A DNA stretch of 64,000 bases, taken from contig JBBRLI010000001.1 in assembly GCA_038231455.1 (NCBI GenBank), positions 1-64,000 of the forward strand, in the 5' to 3' direction. Below, piece by piece: positions 19,520 through 28,308 of this stretch. Position 1 is the stretch's first letter. Every line of letters begins with the position of its first letter. The position numbers and the translations under genes were made by a program. This DNA comes from Vulcanimicrobiales bacterium. Its GTDB lineage: Bacteria; Vulcanimicrobiota; Vulcanimicrobiia; Vulcanimicrobiales; Vulcanimicrobiaceae. The notes beneath the pieces are model-generated. The model did not search any database. It saw only the letters and a program-made list of their open reading frames with translations, and was not told the DNA's origin.

Positions 19520-20970
19520 GACTTGGGCAGCAACATGTCGAGCGGTGGAGCGTCTCCGCGCAGACCACGCAATCGACGCAGAAGCGAGAGCGCAAGCGGA
19601 GTCCTCTGCCGGATGATGGACGCATCGGCCGCACGCCGCACGCCCATTCCATACGTTGGATACACATGCAACGTATCCGCGAGCGCACGCAGCGGAAGCC
19701 GCCGCGCGCGCGCGAGCCCGATTTCAGCGATGAGTTCGCCGGCACGCGCACCGACGACGGTCCCACCTAGCACGCGTCCGCGGCGCGATGTCAAGATCGA
19801 AATGAAACCTTCCTCGGCGCCGTCGACGATCGCTCGATCGAGCCGCGCATAAGGGAACGTTTCCACCGTATAGGGGCGCGATGCGACGCGTAGCTCGTCT
19901 TCGCTCGGGCCGACTCGCGCCAGCTCAGGATCGGTGAACGTCGTCCACGCAACGGCGTCGCGATCGAAGCGCGCGGGGAGTCCGACGATTCCATTCATCA
20001 CGGCAACGGTGGCCATCCGCTCCGCAACGTGCGTGAAGCGCGCCTCGGTCGCGCAATCGCCGACTGCGAAGATGTGGCTCCGGTTCGTTCGGCACGCGGC
20101 ATCGACCGCTATCAGACCATCACGCGTTTGCACGCCGACGCGCGCGAGATCGAGATCGGCGATCCGCGCCTCGCGTCCGACCGCAGCAAAAATGCGATCC
20201 GTCTCAACGATCCCTCCGTCAGAGAGCGTGACGCGCAGACCGTTTGTGTGTTGCAGGGCCTGCGCGATCCGGCGCTCGGTTCGAATGTCGACACCATCCT
20301 CGCGCAGCGCGCGCGCCACGATATCGGCCGCCTGCCGCGGATCTCGCGCGAGAATTCGCGCTCCGTCGAAGACCATCGTCACCTCAACACCCAAGCGCAC
20401 GAATGCCTGACTGAGTTCGACGGCGACGGGGCCGCCACCAACGACGAGCATGCGTGCAGGGAGTGTCTCGAGATCCCAAATGCTCTCCGAGTCGAGCGTC
20501 GCTACACCGACATCGAGTCGAATGGGCCGGCTCCCGGTGGCAAGAAAAATCCGCCGCGCCCGCAGCGTCGCGGGTCCCTCGCCATCGAGCGCAAGCGTGT
20601 GCGGATCGACGAAACGCGCCGCAGCGCGTACCGTTTCGACGTTGTAGCGGGCGAGCACATCCGGGGAGTCAGCGTCGGTATAGATGCGTTCTCGAACCGC
20701 GCGCACGCGTTCCAATACACGCCGACTGTCGACACGGACCGATGCGTCGATGCCAAAACGCGCGCCGCGTCGTGCATCTGCGGCGATTGCGGCTGCGCGT
20801 AGCAATGCCTTGCTCGGAACACAGCCGTTCCAGGTGCAGTCTCCGCCAAATCGTGCCGCCTCGATGAGAATCGTCTTGGCGCCTAAGGCCGCCGCGCCGG
20901 CGGCGGCGGTCAAACCCGCTGCTCCCGCACCGATCACCGCGCAGTCGTAGGTCCTCACGTCCGTATCCAC
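19516..20970 (-). CDS. FAD-dependent pyridine nucleotide-disulfide oxidoreductase (LpdA/MerA-like, no C-terminal CC)
   Basis: GAGAAG, GGDCTWNGCVPSK redox disulfide, FTDPELA, HVYPT. Confidence 0.9.
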   Translation of the reverse strand: MDTDVRTYDCAVIGAGAAGLTAAAGAAALGAKTILIEAARFGGDCTWNGCVPSKALLRAAAIAADARRGARFGIDASVRVDSRRVLERVRAVRERIYTDADSPDVLARYNVETVRAAARFVDPHTLALDGEGPATLRARRIFLATGSRPIRLDVGVATLDSESIWDLETLPARMLVVGGGPVAVELSQAFVRLGVEVTMVFDGARILARDPRQAADIVARALREDGVDIRTERRIAQALQHTNGLRVTLSDGGIVETDRIFAAVGREARIADLDLARVGVQTRDGLIAVDAACRTNRSHIFAVGDCATEARFTHVAERMATVAVMNGIVGLPARFDRDAVAWTTFTDPELARVGPSEDELRVASRPYTVETFPYARLDRAIVDGAEEGFISILTSRRGRVLGGTVVGARAGELIAEIGLARARRLPLRALADTLHVYPTYGMGVRRAADASIIRQRTPLALSLLRRLRGLRGDAPPLDMLLPKS

Positions 20971-21755
20971 GCATCGCGCTGCGTTACGAACGGAAGCGCG
21001 AGCATCGTACGTAACGTTACCTCACTTGCGCGTTGGTATGCCGGCAGGCCGGTCTCAAGGACAACTCCGCCTGTGCTTCGCGTCCGATGGAGCCAATCCC
21101 AAAAAGCAAGTCCGCTCGACCAATTGCTATGCTGATCCGCGCGCTCGGCGCGATGGTGGATACCGTGCAGACGCGGCGTAACGATGAGCAAACCGAGGAC
21201 ACGTTCGAGGCGCGCGGGCAGCGCAACGTTTGCATGATGAAAGATGACCGAAAGCCCGAAAAGACGTTGCCAGAGCGTGAAGGCACGAGGCGTGACGCCG
21301 AAGACGGTGACCTGGGCCAAACGAACGGCGACGGAAAGCACGATCTCGATGCCGTGAATGCGTAGCGCTGACGTTAGGTCGCATTCGCGGTCGGCGTGAT
21401 GGACCACATGCAGCCGCCAGAGCAGCGGAACGCGATGCAGAGCCATGTGCCACAAGTAGATGCCGTAATCGAGCAGAACGACGGCCGTAAGATCGCGCAC
21501 CCATCGCGGCGCGGGCAAGCGTGCTAACAATCCGAGACCACGCCGTTCGACGTGAACGGCAGCGCGTAGCGCTAGCGGTCCCTCGATGAGACTCGTCGCC
21601 GCAAGCGCGATGACGTCGAGGACGCCGTTGCGCAGAAAGCGTTTGAAACGCGGCTCGCGCCGGGCGCGCGCCGGCGCGATACGCTCGGCGATGAACAAGA
21701 GTCCTACTTCGACGAGAACGAGCGATGCCGTGAGGCGATCCGATTGTTGAAAGAC
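20955..21755 (-). CDS. Sterol desaturase/fatty acid hydroxylase family protein; start uncertain (TTG 21698, or GTC 21755 after an SD)
   Basis: His boxes WHMALH, HVVHH, FHHAN, HGIHH. The frame stays open upstream to the crp stop. Confidence 0.85.
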   Translation of the reverse strand, partial: VFQQSDRLTASLVLVEVGLLFIAERIAPARARREPRFKRFLRNGVLDVIALAATSLIEGPLALRAAVHVERRGLGLLARLPAPRWVRDLTAVVLLDYGIYLWHMALHRVPLLWRLHVVHHADRECDLTSALRIHGIEIVLSVAVRLAQVTVFGVTPRAFTLWQRLFGLSVIFHHANVALPARLERVLGLLIVTPRLHGIHHRAERADQHSNWSSGLAFWDWLHRTRSTGGVVLETGLPAYQRASEVTLRTMLALPFVTQRDAWIRT

Positions 21756-21764
21756 GGTAATCTC

Positions 21765-22730
21765 CTAACCGACGGCGCTATGAATCAGACGGTCGATCGC
21801 GCCGATTTGAAGTCCATCAAGGTTCGGAATGACGAAATGATGCGTGGCATCGGTTTGCAGAACGCCCGCCCGCTGCAGCCGCGAAATTTGCGTACTACAC
21901 GCCTCGCGCGTCGCTCCGGCGAAGCTCGCGATTTGCTGGTGCGAGAAACGGATTCCGATGCGGATCGCTCCGTTGGGAAGGCGCTCGCCGTGTTCTTCTG
22001 CCAAATGCCGCAACACGGCGACGACGCGTCCACGAACGGTCGCATACGCCGTGCCGGCGATGCGCGTTTCGCTTGCCGTGGCACGGCGGGCGATCTCCCG
22101 TGCGACCATCATCGTGAGTTGCGGACGGTGACGCATGAGCGAAGCGAAATCCTCAACTGAGGCAGCGCAAATATGCGCGGAGTCCATTGCCTGCGCGACC
22201 GTAAGACGCTGGCGTTCATCGAAGAGTGCAAGCTCCCCAAACATATCGCCCGGTCCGAGCACCGCAAGCGTCGCTTCTTGACCGTCTTCCGTTATGCGGT
22301 AGATGCGGACGTGTCCGGTCTTGAGGAGATAGACCGCATCGCCGAGATCGCCCTCATCGAAGATGACGTGATTGGGCGGATAGTCGGCCTCTCGAAAGAG
22401 ATGCGCCATCTTCTCGATCTCCTCGAGCGGAACGCCACTGAAAAGGCGGTTGCGCTCGAGAAACCAGACTTTGTTCGGCACGAGCGGAGCTCCGGGAAAG
22501 CGCGCGAGGATGCCCCTCAGACGTTCGAGCGAGGGCGTCCCCGTTACCCGCTTCCCATCGGGCAGCACGAGGGTGGGCGTAACGACGGGCAACCCCGGTC
22601 GCGACGGCTCTCGATCGAGCGAACGGATCTCGAAGGCGACTCGCTCATCTTCTTGGGCAAGTTCGATGAGTCGCTCGATCGCGCGCGGCGAAAAAGGACA
22701 CGCATCACGAACGAAAAGCGTCGCCTTCAC
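21765..22730 (-). CDS. Crp/Fnr regulator with an N-terminal glutaredoxin/thioredoxin-like domain
   Basis: N-terminal LFVRDACPFS...VVTPTLV...GTPS (Trx-fold CxxS and cis-Pro), then a cNMP domain (GDMFGE) and HTH (SHQQIASFAGATREACS); no intervening stop. Confidence 0.85.
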   Translation of the reverse strand: MKATLFVRDACPFSPRAIERLIELAQEDERVAFEIRSLDREPSRPGLPVVTPTLVLPDGKRVTGTPSLERLRGILARFPGAPLVPNKVWFLERNRLFSGVPLEEIEKMAHLFREADYPPNHVIFDEGDLGDAVYLLKTGHVRIYRITEDGQEATLAVLGPGDMFGELALFDERQRLTVAQAMDSAHICAASVEDFASLMRHRPQLTMMVAREIARRATASETRIAGTAYATVRGRVVAVLRHLAEEHGERLPNGAIRIGIRFSHQQIASFAGATREACSTQISRLQRAGVLQTDATHHFVIPNLDGLQIGAIDRLIHSAVG

Positions 22731-22747
22731 GCTCCGGCTCGCGGGTC

Positions 22748-23395
22748 TTACGGGACGCGGACGATTAGTTGGTGGTGCGCGTCGACGCCGAGCTTGCCGC
22801 GCTGCATACCGTGATCGTGCCCGTCGCTGTGATACACGAGGAGCAAGCCTTCGGCGTGCGTGACGGGGCCGGGAATAACGAGCGCAATCTTCCCGCTGCC
22901 GTCGTGGCGCGCGATGAATGAGTTTGCTATGCCCGTGCCGTCGAGCGGCGTGAACGTCACCCCACTCTCGCTAAAATGATTCTCGAACAGACTGTAATGG
23001 CCGTCGGGGATCAGCCCCGAAAATGCGAACGTCGCGCCGGTGGTCGACCCCATGTCGGTCAACGTAGCGGTACCAAGCGCCCCGAACCATTGCCCGAGCG
23101 TACGTCCGAGCGGAACACCGAGGGCGGAGAAAATCGGCGTCGACGGATCCTCGATGCCAAACGCCGGTCGGTACCCCGCCGTGTTGATTATCCCTTGCGG
23201 GCCTGTTTTCGAGATAGCACCCGGGTCGGCGACGAACGCGTGCGGATCGAGCATATTTGCTTGGCGTGATTCGAGTGAGAAAAACGCAGCGTGCGTGAGA
23301 AACCCGTAGGTTTTGGCAGGCGCAGCAACGGCGCCAAGCGCGGTGGCGAGGACAACTGCCAAGAGAATCGAGGCCGAAAACATCTTCTTCATCAC
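22748..23395 (-). CDS. Secreted His-rich hypothetical protein
   Basis: Signal peptide; THAAFFS, FENH, YHSDGHDHG, AHHQL; first gene of the minus-strand operon. Confidence 0.7.
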   Translation of the reverse strand: MMKKMFSASILLAVVLATALGAVAAPAKTYGFLTHAAFFSLESRQANMLDPHAFVADPGAISKTGPQGIINTAGYRPAFGIEDPSTPIFSALGVPLGRTLGQWFGALGTATLTDMGSTTGATFAFSGLIPDGHYSLFENHFSESGVTFTPLDGTGIANSFIARHDGSGKIALVIPGPVTHAEGLLLVYHSDGHDHGMQRGKLGVDAHHQLIVRVP

Positions 23396-23427
23396 TCCCT
23401 ATTCAAGAGCACGATCGCGCAGGCCGC

Positions 23428-23443
23428 TGTAACGATTATTACC
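23428..23443. promoter_or_regulatory. Second TGTAA-N6-TTAC box, upstream of the crp operon
   Basis: TGTAA-CGATTA-TTACC; half-sites match the 15652-15667 box at 9 of 10 positions. Confidence 0.45.
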
Positions 23444-23502
23444 GTTTCTCAAACCGGGATCGGTTTGCAACAGGGCGAATCTGGGCGCATGGCCGAACCG
23501 GC

Positions 23503-23588
23503 GGCCACCCGTCCGCGGAGAGGGCAAAGCCCACCGACAGCAGTTGATCCTCACCGGACCTTTCCTGCCGGTTTGCGGACGTCGGGCC
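23503..23588 (+). ncRNA. Candidate structured cis-regulatory leader of the ankyrin gene
   Basis: CGTCCGC(23510-16)/GCGGACG(23575-81) closing stem encloses GGGC-AAA-GCCC and ACCGG...CCGGT hairpins, directly before the SD. Confidence 0.45.
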
Positions 23589-23609
23589 TTCTGTAGGAAA
23601 GGACCGATC

Positions 23610-24884
23610 GTGCCCGTTCTTCCGACCCGCCCATCAGCGGAGTATCTTCGCAAACAAGCCAAACGCTCTGCGAGCGAACACTCGCTCAAATTTGCCGAAG
23701 CGCAGCGGCTTCTCGCAATCGACTACGGCTTTCGCAACTGGGCCGAGCTCATTCGAAATGTCGAATCGCGGACGATCCCTTCGGGACAAGCGGCCTCGCA
23801 AGCACTCTTTGCAGCCGTTGGTGCGCGCGATGTTGACGCGCTCACCGCCGCTCTTGCCGCCGGAGCAAACCCGCGCCTGGGCAACGGACGCGAAACGCCA
23901 CTGCACGCAGCCGCACGCCGTGGCCCGCTCGCGCTCGTCGAACGGCTAATCGTCGGCGGAGCGCTGAGGTGGCAGGTCGACGCCGAGGGCCGCACGGCGC
24001 TCGATCGCGCGAGGGCAAGCCGCGCCCAAGACAAAGCCGCCATCGTCGCACTCCTCGATCGTCGTGCGATCGCGGATCCCGTCTTTCGCAACGCCGTCGA
24101 CGCCTTGCAACGCGGCGATTGCGTGGAACTCGCACGGCTGATCGACGCGCACCCGCGCATCTTGCGCGAGCGAATCATCGGCCCGGACGCGTACCGTCTG
24201 GCGGGACGCCACGATTATTTTCGCGACCCAAAACTGTTTTGGTTCGTCGCAAACAATCCGATTCTACGAGATCCGATTGCTGCGAATATCGTGGATGTCG
24301 CGCGCGTGATGATCGAACGAGGTGTCCAAGCCGAAGACCTCGACTACGCGCTGGAACTCACGATGAGCGGGAGTTCCGCACGTCATAACGGACTGCAGAC
24401 ACCGCTGATGCAGCTGCTCTTAAACGCCGGTGCCCGGGTGAGCTTGCAGGCAATCGAGATGGCAGCCGGACATCAGGAACTCAACGCCTTGCATACGCTC
24501 CTTGCCAGCGGATACCCAATGAACGCACCGATCGCCGCTGCACTCGGTGATGACGAACGATTGACCGACCTCATCGGCGCGGCATCGATGGGAGAAATTC
24601 AATCGGCGTTCGGGCTTGCCGTTCTCAACGGCCATCTTCGCGCTGCGGAAATCGCTCTCGATGCAGGCGCGGAAGTAAACGCCTCACTTCCCGTCCACGT
24701 TCACAGTACCGCTCTTCACCAAGCTGCAGGTGCAGGAAGCCTACCGATGATCGCGCGCCTTCTCGCGCGCGGCGCCGATGCCCATGCGCGCGATACGCTG
24801 TGGGAGGCCACTCCACGCGGTTGGGCCGAGCACGTCGGCAACGACGCTGCGCAAATTGCGCTCGCCGCTGCCGAGCGTTCTTAG
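23610..24884 (+). CDS. Ankyrin repeat protein with N-terminal LPxRPSxExLRKQAK...YGFxxW helical domain
   Basis: ETPLHAAA, GRTALD, STALHQAA repeats; AGGAAAGGA SD and GTG. Confidence 0.88.
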   Translation: MPVLPTRPSAEYLRKQAKRSASEHSLKFAEAQRLLAIDYGFRNWAELIRNVESRTIPSGQAASQALFAAVGARDVDALTAALAAGANPRLGNGRETPLHAAARRGPLALVERLIVGGALRWQVDAEGRTALDRARASRAQDKAAIVALLDRRAIADPVFRNAVDALQRGDCVELARLIDAHPRILRERIIGPDAYRLAGRHDYFRDPKLFWFVANNPILRDPIAANIVDVARVMIERGVQAEDLDYALELTMSGSSARHNGLQTPLMQLLLNAGARVSLQAIEMAAGHQELNALHTLLASGYPMNAPIAAALGDDERLTDLIGAASMGEIQSAFGLAVLNGHLRAAEIALDAGAEVNASLPVHVHSTALHQAAGAGSLPMIARLLARGADAHARDTLWEATPRGWAEHVGNDAAQIALAAAERS

Positions 24885-25987
24885 CGCGCGACCGCTTCGA
24901 GTGTCGGGTAGTCGGTGTAGCCTTCGGCACCGCCGCCGTAGAGGTGGTCGGCATCGAGATCGTTGAGCGGCGCATCGACGCGCAGACGCTCGGCGAGGTC
25001 GGGATTCGCAATATACGCTTTCCCAAACGCGACGAAATCGGCGTAACCGCTTGCGACGGCTTCGATCGCCATCTCGCGGGTGTAGCCGTTGTTCACCATC
25101 CACGGGCCGGCGAATTCCTTACGCAGTGCGTGGAAATCGAATGGCGAAGCGTCGCGCGCTCCGCCGGTGGCACCTTCGACGACGTGAACGTAAGCGAGTC
25201 CGCGTTTGCTCAGTTCGCGAACGAACGGAAAGAAGACCGCGGTCGGATTGCTATCGGAAAGACCGGAGGCCGGCGAGACCGGCGAGAGACGAATGCCGAC
25301 GCGCTGCGCGCCGGCAACGGCGACGATCGCATCGATCGCTTCGAGCGGGAAGCGCATGCGATTTTCGACTGACCCACCATACGCATCGGTACGCTGATTT
25401 GCACCGTCACGTAAGAATTGATCGAGCAGATAGCCGTTTGCGGCGTGAATTTCAACGCCGTCAAAACCCGCGGCGAGCGCATTCTTGGTCGCCTTTACAT
25501 AGTCAGCGACGATCCCCGGCAATTCGCTCGTCTCGAGCGCGCGCGGCGTGCCGACATCGACAAACGATCCGTCTTCAATGAACGTTTTTTGACCGACCGG
25601 CGCGATTGCCGAAGGCCCGACGGGCAGCACGCCCCCCGGCTGAAGTGCCGGATGCGAGAAGCGGCCCACGTGCCAAAGCTGCAGTACGATCGTGCCGCCC
25701 TGCGCGTGCACGGCCTCCGTGACGTGTTTCCAACCGGCGACTTGCTCCTCGGAATAGATCCCCGGCGTAAATGCATAGCCTTTGCCGGTCGGCGAAATCT
25801 GGGTCGCCTCCGAGATAATGAGGCCGGCTGAGGCGCGCTGGGCGTAATATTCGGCGTTAAGCGCGTGCGGAACGTCGGTCCCGTGCGTCGCGCGATTGCG
25901 CGTGAGGGGCGCCATGACGATGCGATTGCGGAGCGTCGTTGCGAGCAGGTCGAAGGGCGTAAAGAGGGCGTTTGCGCTAGTGGTCAC
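24881..25987 (-). CDS. Alkene reductase, old yellow enzyme (NemA/XenB-like)
   Basis: NRIVMAPLTRNRA, QLWHVGR, EIHAANGYLLDQF, GYTDYP. Confidence 0.93.
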   Translation of the reverse strand: MTTSANALFTPFDLLATTLRNRIVMAPLTRNRATHGTDVPHALNAEYYAQRASAGLIISEATQISPTGKGYAFTPGIYSEEQVAGWKHVTEAVHAQGGTIVLQLWHVGRFSHPALQPGGVLPVGPSAIAPVGQKTFIEDGSFVDVGTPRALETSELPGIVADYVKATKNALAAGFDGVEIHAANGYLLDQFLRDGANQRTDAYGGSVENRMRFPLEAIDAIVAVAGAQRVGIRLSPVSPASGLSDSNPTAVFFPFVRELSKRGLAYVHVVEGATGGARDASPFDFHALRKEFAGPWMVNNGYTREMAIEAVASGYADFVAFGKAYIANPDLAERLRVDAPLNDLDADHLYGGGAEGYTDYPTLEAVAR

Positions 25988-26202
25988 GAGTGATTGGACC
26001 AAAACCGATACTGTTCGGTTGCGGCCGCTGCTCACCAGGCAACGAAGGTGTACGAAACCGTACTTATCGGCTCCAACGTGCTAGAGTAGAAGATGCATCG
26101 TCGCTCGTTACGAGATGCGACCGATAAAGGAGAGACCATGAGGGCAACGCCCTTCCCAGTGGTCACCCTTTGGGCCAGTACCAGATCGTTCTTGGCACCC
26201 AG

Positions 26203-26907
26203 ATGACCACCGCGATGTTTGCCTCCGGCAACCGTGTGCTCGATGCGCTGCCGCCCGTCGATCTCGCCGCGATCGAGCAGGATCTCGAAATCGTCACGCT
26301 CGCCGCGCATCAGTTCACGCATTCGATGGGCGGCCCAATCGCATACGTCGATTTTCCAATCGACGCCGTGCTCTCGGTCGTTGCGATGCTCCTCAACGGC
26401 GATAGCGTCGAAGTCGGCACCGTCGGCTGCGAGGGGTTCGTCGAAACCGATGTGGCGCTCGATTCGCTCGTCTCGTCGCGCACGGCTTTCTGCCAAGTTC
26501 GCGGCCGTGTCGGGCGGATGTCGATCGAGAACTTCGATCGACGCATGGATCAAAGTCGCCCGTTCGCGCGCCTGATGCGACACAACGTGCGCGCGTCGCT
26601 CTTTAGCACGCAGCAATTCGTGGCGTGCAATACGAAGCACTCGGTTCTTCAGCGCTGCGCCCGGTGGCTTGCAATGACTGCCGATCGGGTCGGCAGCAGT
26701 CAGTTCACGCTCACGCACGACTTTCTCTCGATCATGCTCGGCGTTCGCCGAGCCGGTGTCTCCGAAGCCGCCGATACCCTCCATCGACTCGGTGCGATCG
26801 AATATCGTCGCGGCGTCGTCACGGTGCTCGATGCGGCGCTGCTCGGCGGCGCCGCGTGCGAATGTTACGAGGCGTGCAAGAGCGCCTTCCGGTCATCGCT
26901 CGCGTGA
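26203..26907 (+). CDS. Crp/Fnr family transcriptional regulator
   Basis: NRVLDALP, VEVGTVGCEG, ACNTKH...RCARWL, LTHDFLSIMLGVRRAGVS, ACECY. Confidence 0.9.
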   Translation: MTTAMFASGNRVLDALPPVDLAAIEQDLEIVTLAAHQFTHSMGGPIAYVDFPIDAVLSVVAMLLNGDSVEVGTVGCEGFVETDVALDSLVSSRTAFCQVRGRVGRMSIENFDRRMDQSRPFARLMRHNVRASLFSTQQFVACNTKHSVLQRCARWLAMTADRVGSSQFTLTHDFLSIMLGVRRAGVSEAADTLHRLGAIEYRRGVVTVLDAALLGGAACECYEACKSAFRSSLA

Positions 26908-26927
26908 TCGACCGGGGGCTTTTCACA

Positions 26928-27701
26928 ATGCAGCGTCGATTCGACGATCCGGTACAAGCCGAATTGCGCCGCATCGTCGAGAGCATCTACGGGCCACCGA
27001 TTCGCCGACTGCCGGGACTAGAAATCGGTCGCGCCTATTTGAACGCGGCACGCGAACCGTTCCGCTACGGCGGTGACCTCGTCGACGTATTCCACTACGG
27101 CAACGGCCTCACGTCGCTTGCACTCGTCGACATCACCGGACACGGGATCTACGCTGCAATGAACGCGGGCCTAGCGAAGCACGCCTTGCGCGCCTATGCC
27201 TCTCGGGGCCTGAGCGCACGAGACTCCGTTCGCTCGCTCAACCGGCTCTGTATCGAAAACAGCGTCTTCGAATCCGACGATGAATTTTTCGCGACCGTCT
27301 TTTTCGGCATCATCGATGCGAACCGGAAGACGCTGCAGTACGTCTCGGCGGGACATGAAGCCGCCTACGTTCTCGAAGACGATCGTGCGATTCAACTCTC
27401 GGCGACCGGGCCCATCATCGGCCTCATGGACGATGACTCGGCATTCGATCACGGAACGGTCCAGCTCACGGACGGCAGTATTCTGGCCGCCGTCACGGAT
27501 GGATTCTCCGAAGCCCGCAACGCCGAGCGCGAGTTTCTCGGTTCGGATGTTCTCGTCGATATCGTCGACCGCTACCGCGCCTACGAAGCCGAGCAGCAAG
27601 CCGAAGCCCTCACACGCTGCGCGTCGGACTTTGCCGACGAGCAGCTGCACGACGACGTCGCGGCGCTCGTTGTGAAGTTCGACGCGAGCATCGCTGCCTG
27701 A
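26928..27701 (+). CDS. Stand-alone PP2C/SpoIIE (RsbU-like) phosphatase
   Basis: GGDLVD, DITGHG, SAGH, TDGFSEAR, DDVA. Confidence 0.88.
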   Translation: MQRRFDDPVQAELRRIVESIYGPPIRRLPGLEIGRAYLNAAREPFRYGGDLVDVFHYGNGLTSLALVDITGHGIYAAMNAGLAKHALRAYASRGLSARDSVRSLNRLCIENSVFESDDEFFATVFFGIIDANRKTLQYVSAGHEAAYVLEDDRAIQLSATGPIIGLMDDDSAFDHGTVQLTDGSILAAVTDGFSEARNAEREFLGSDVLVDIVDRYRAYEAEQQAEALTRCASDFADEQLHDDVAALVVKFDASIAA

Positions 27702-27705
27702 GGCC

Positions 27706-28308
27706 TTAGAGCCAGCCCCGATCGCGTGCGATGCGGGCGGCATCGATCCGGTTGGTCCCGCCGACTTTGCCGATCGCCTCGGAGAGATAGTTGCGGACCG
27801 TACCGAGCGACAGATGCATTTCAGAAGCGATCGAAGCCGAGTTGCGCCCGTCTGCGGCAAGGCGTAACACGGCGCGCTCGCGGTCACTGAGCGGATCGCT
27901 TCCGGTCCACGCATCGACGGCAAGATCGGGATCGATCACGCGCCCGCCGCCGTGCACCGTGCGAATCGCATCGGCGAGCGCGGCGGCAGGTCGGTCTTTG
28001 AGCACGTAGCCCGCGACGCCGGCGTCGAGCGCGCGGCGTAAGTATCCCGCACGCGCAAACGTCGTCACGATGATGACGCGTGTCGCGATGCCGCGTTCCC
28101 GAATTTCGGCGGCAAGTTCGAGACCCGTCTTTTTCGGCATCTCGATGTCCGTAATGACGACATCCGGAACGACTTCGAGAATCGACGCGAGCGCTTCGTC
28201 ACCGTTCGCGCATTGCGCGACGACGCGAATATCTGGTTCGAGATCGAGCAGCGCTGCAAGCGCACCGCGAACGAGCGCTTGATCCTCGGCGATGAGCACG
28301 TCGATCAC
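27706..28308 (-). CDS. NarL/DesR-like response regulator
   Basis: IAEDQ, TDIEMP, VTTFARAGY, GTVRNYLS; GTGA overlap with the kinase. Confidence 0.92.
   Translation of the reverse strand: MIDVLIAEDQALVRGALAALLDLEPDIRVVAQCANGDEALASILEVVPDVVITDIEMPKKTGLELAAEIRERGIATRVIIVTTFARAGYLRRALDAGVAGYVLKDRPAAALADAIRTVHGGGRVIDPDLAVDAWTGSDPLSDRERAVLRLAADGRNSASIASEMHLSLGTVRNYLSEAIGKVGGTNRIDAARIARDRGWL

Noticed and set aside
19516-20970. Possible merA mercuric reductase
   Set aside because: No C-terminal Cys-Cys, no N-terminal metal-binding domain and no mer genes nearby.
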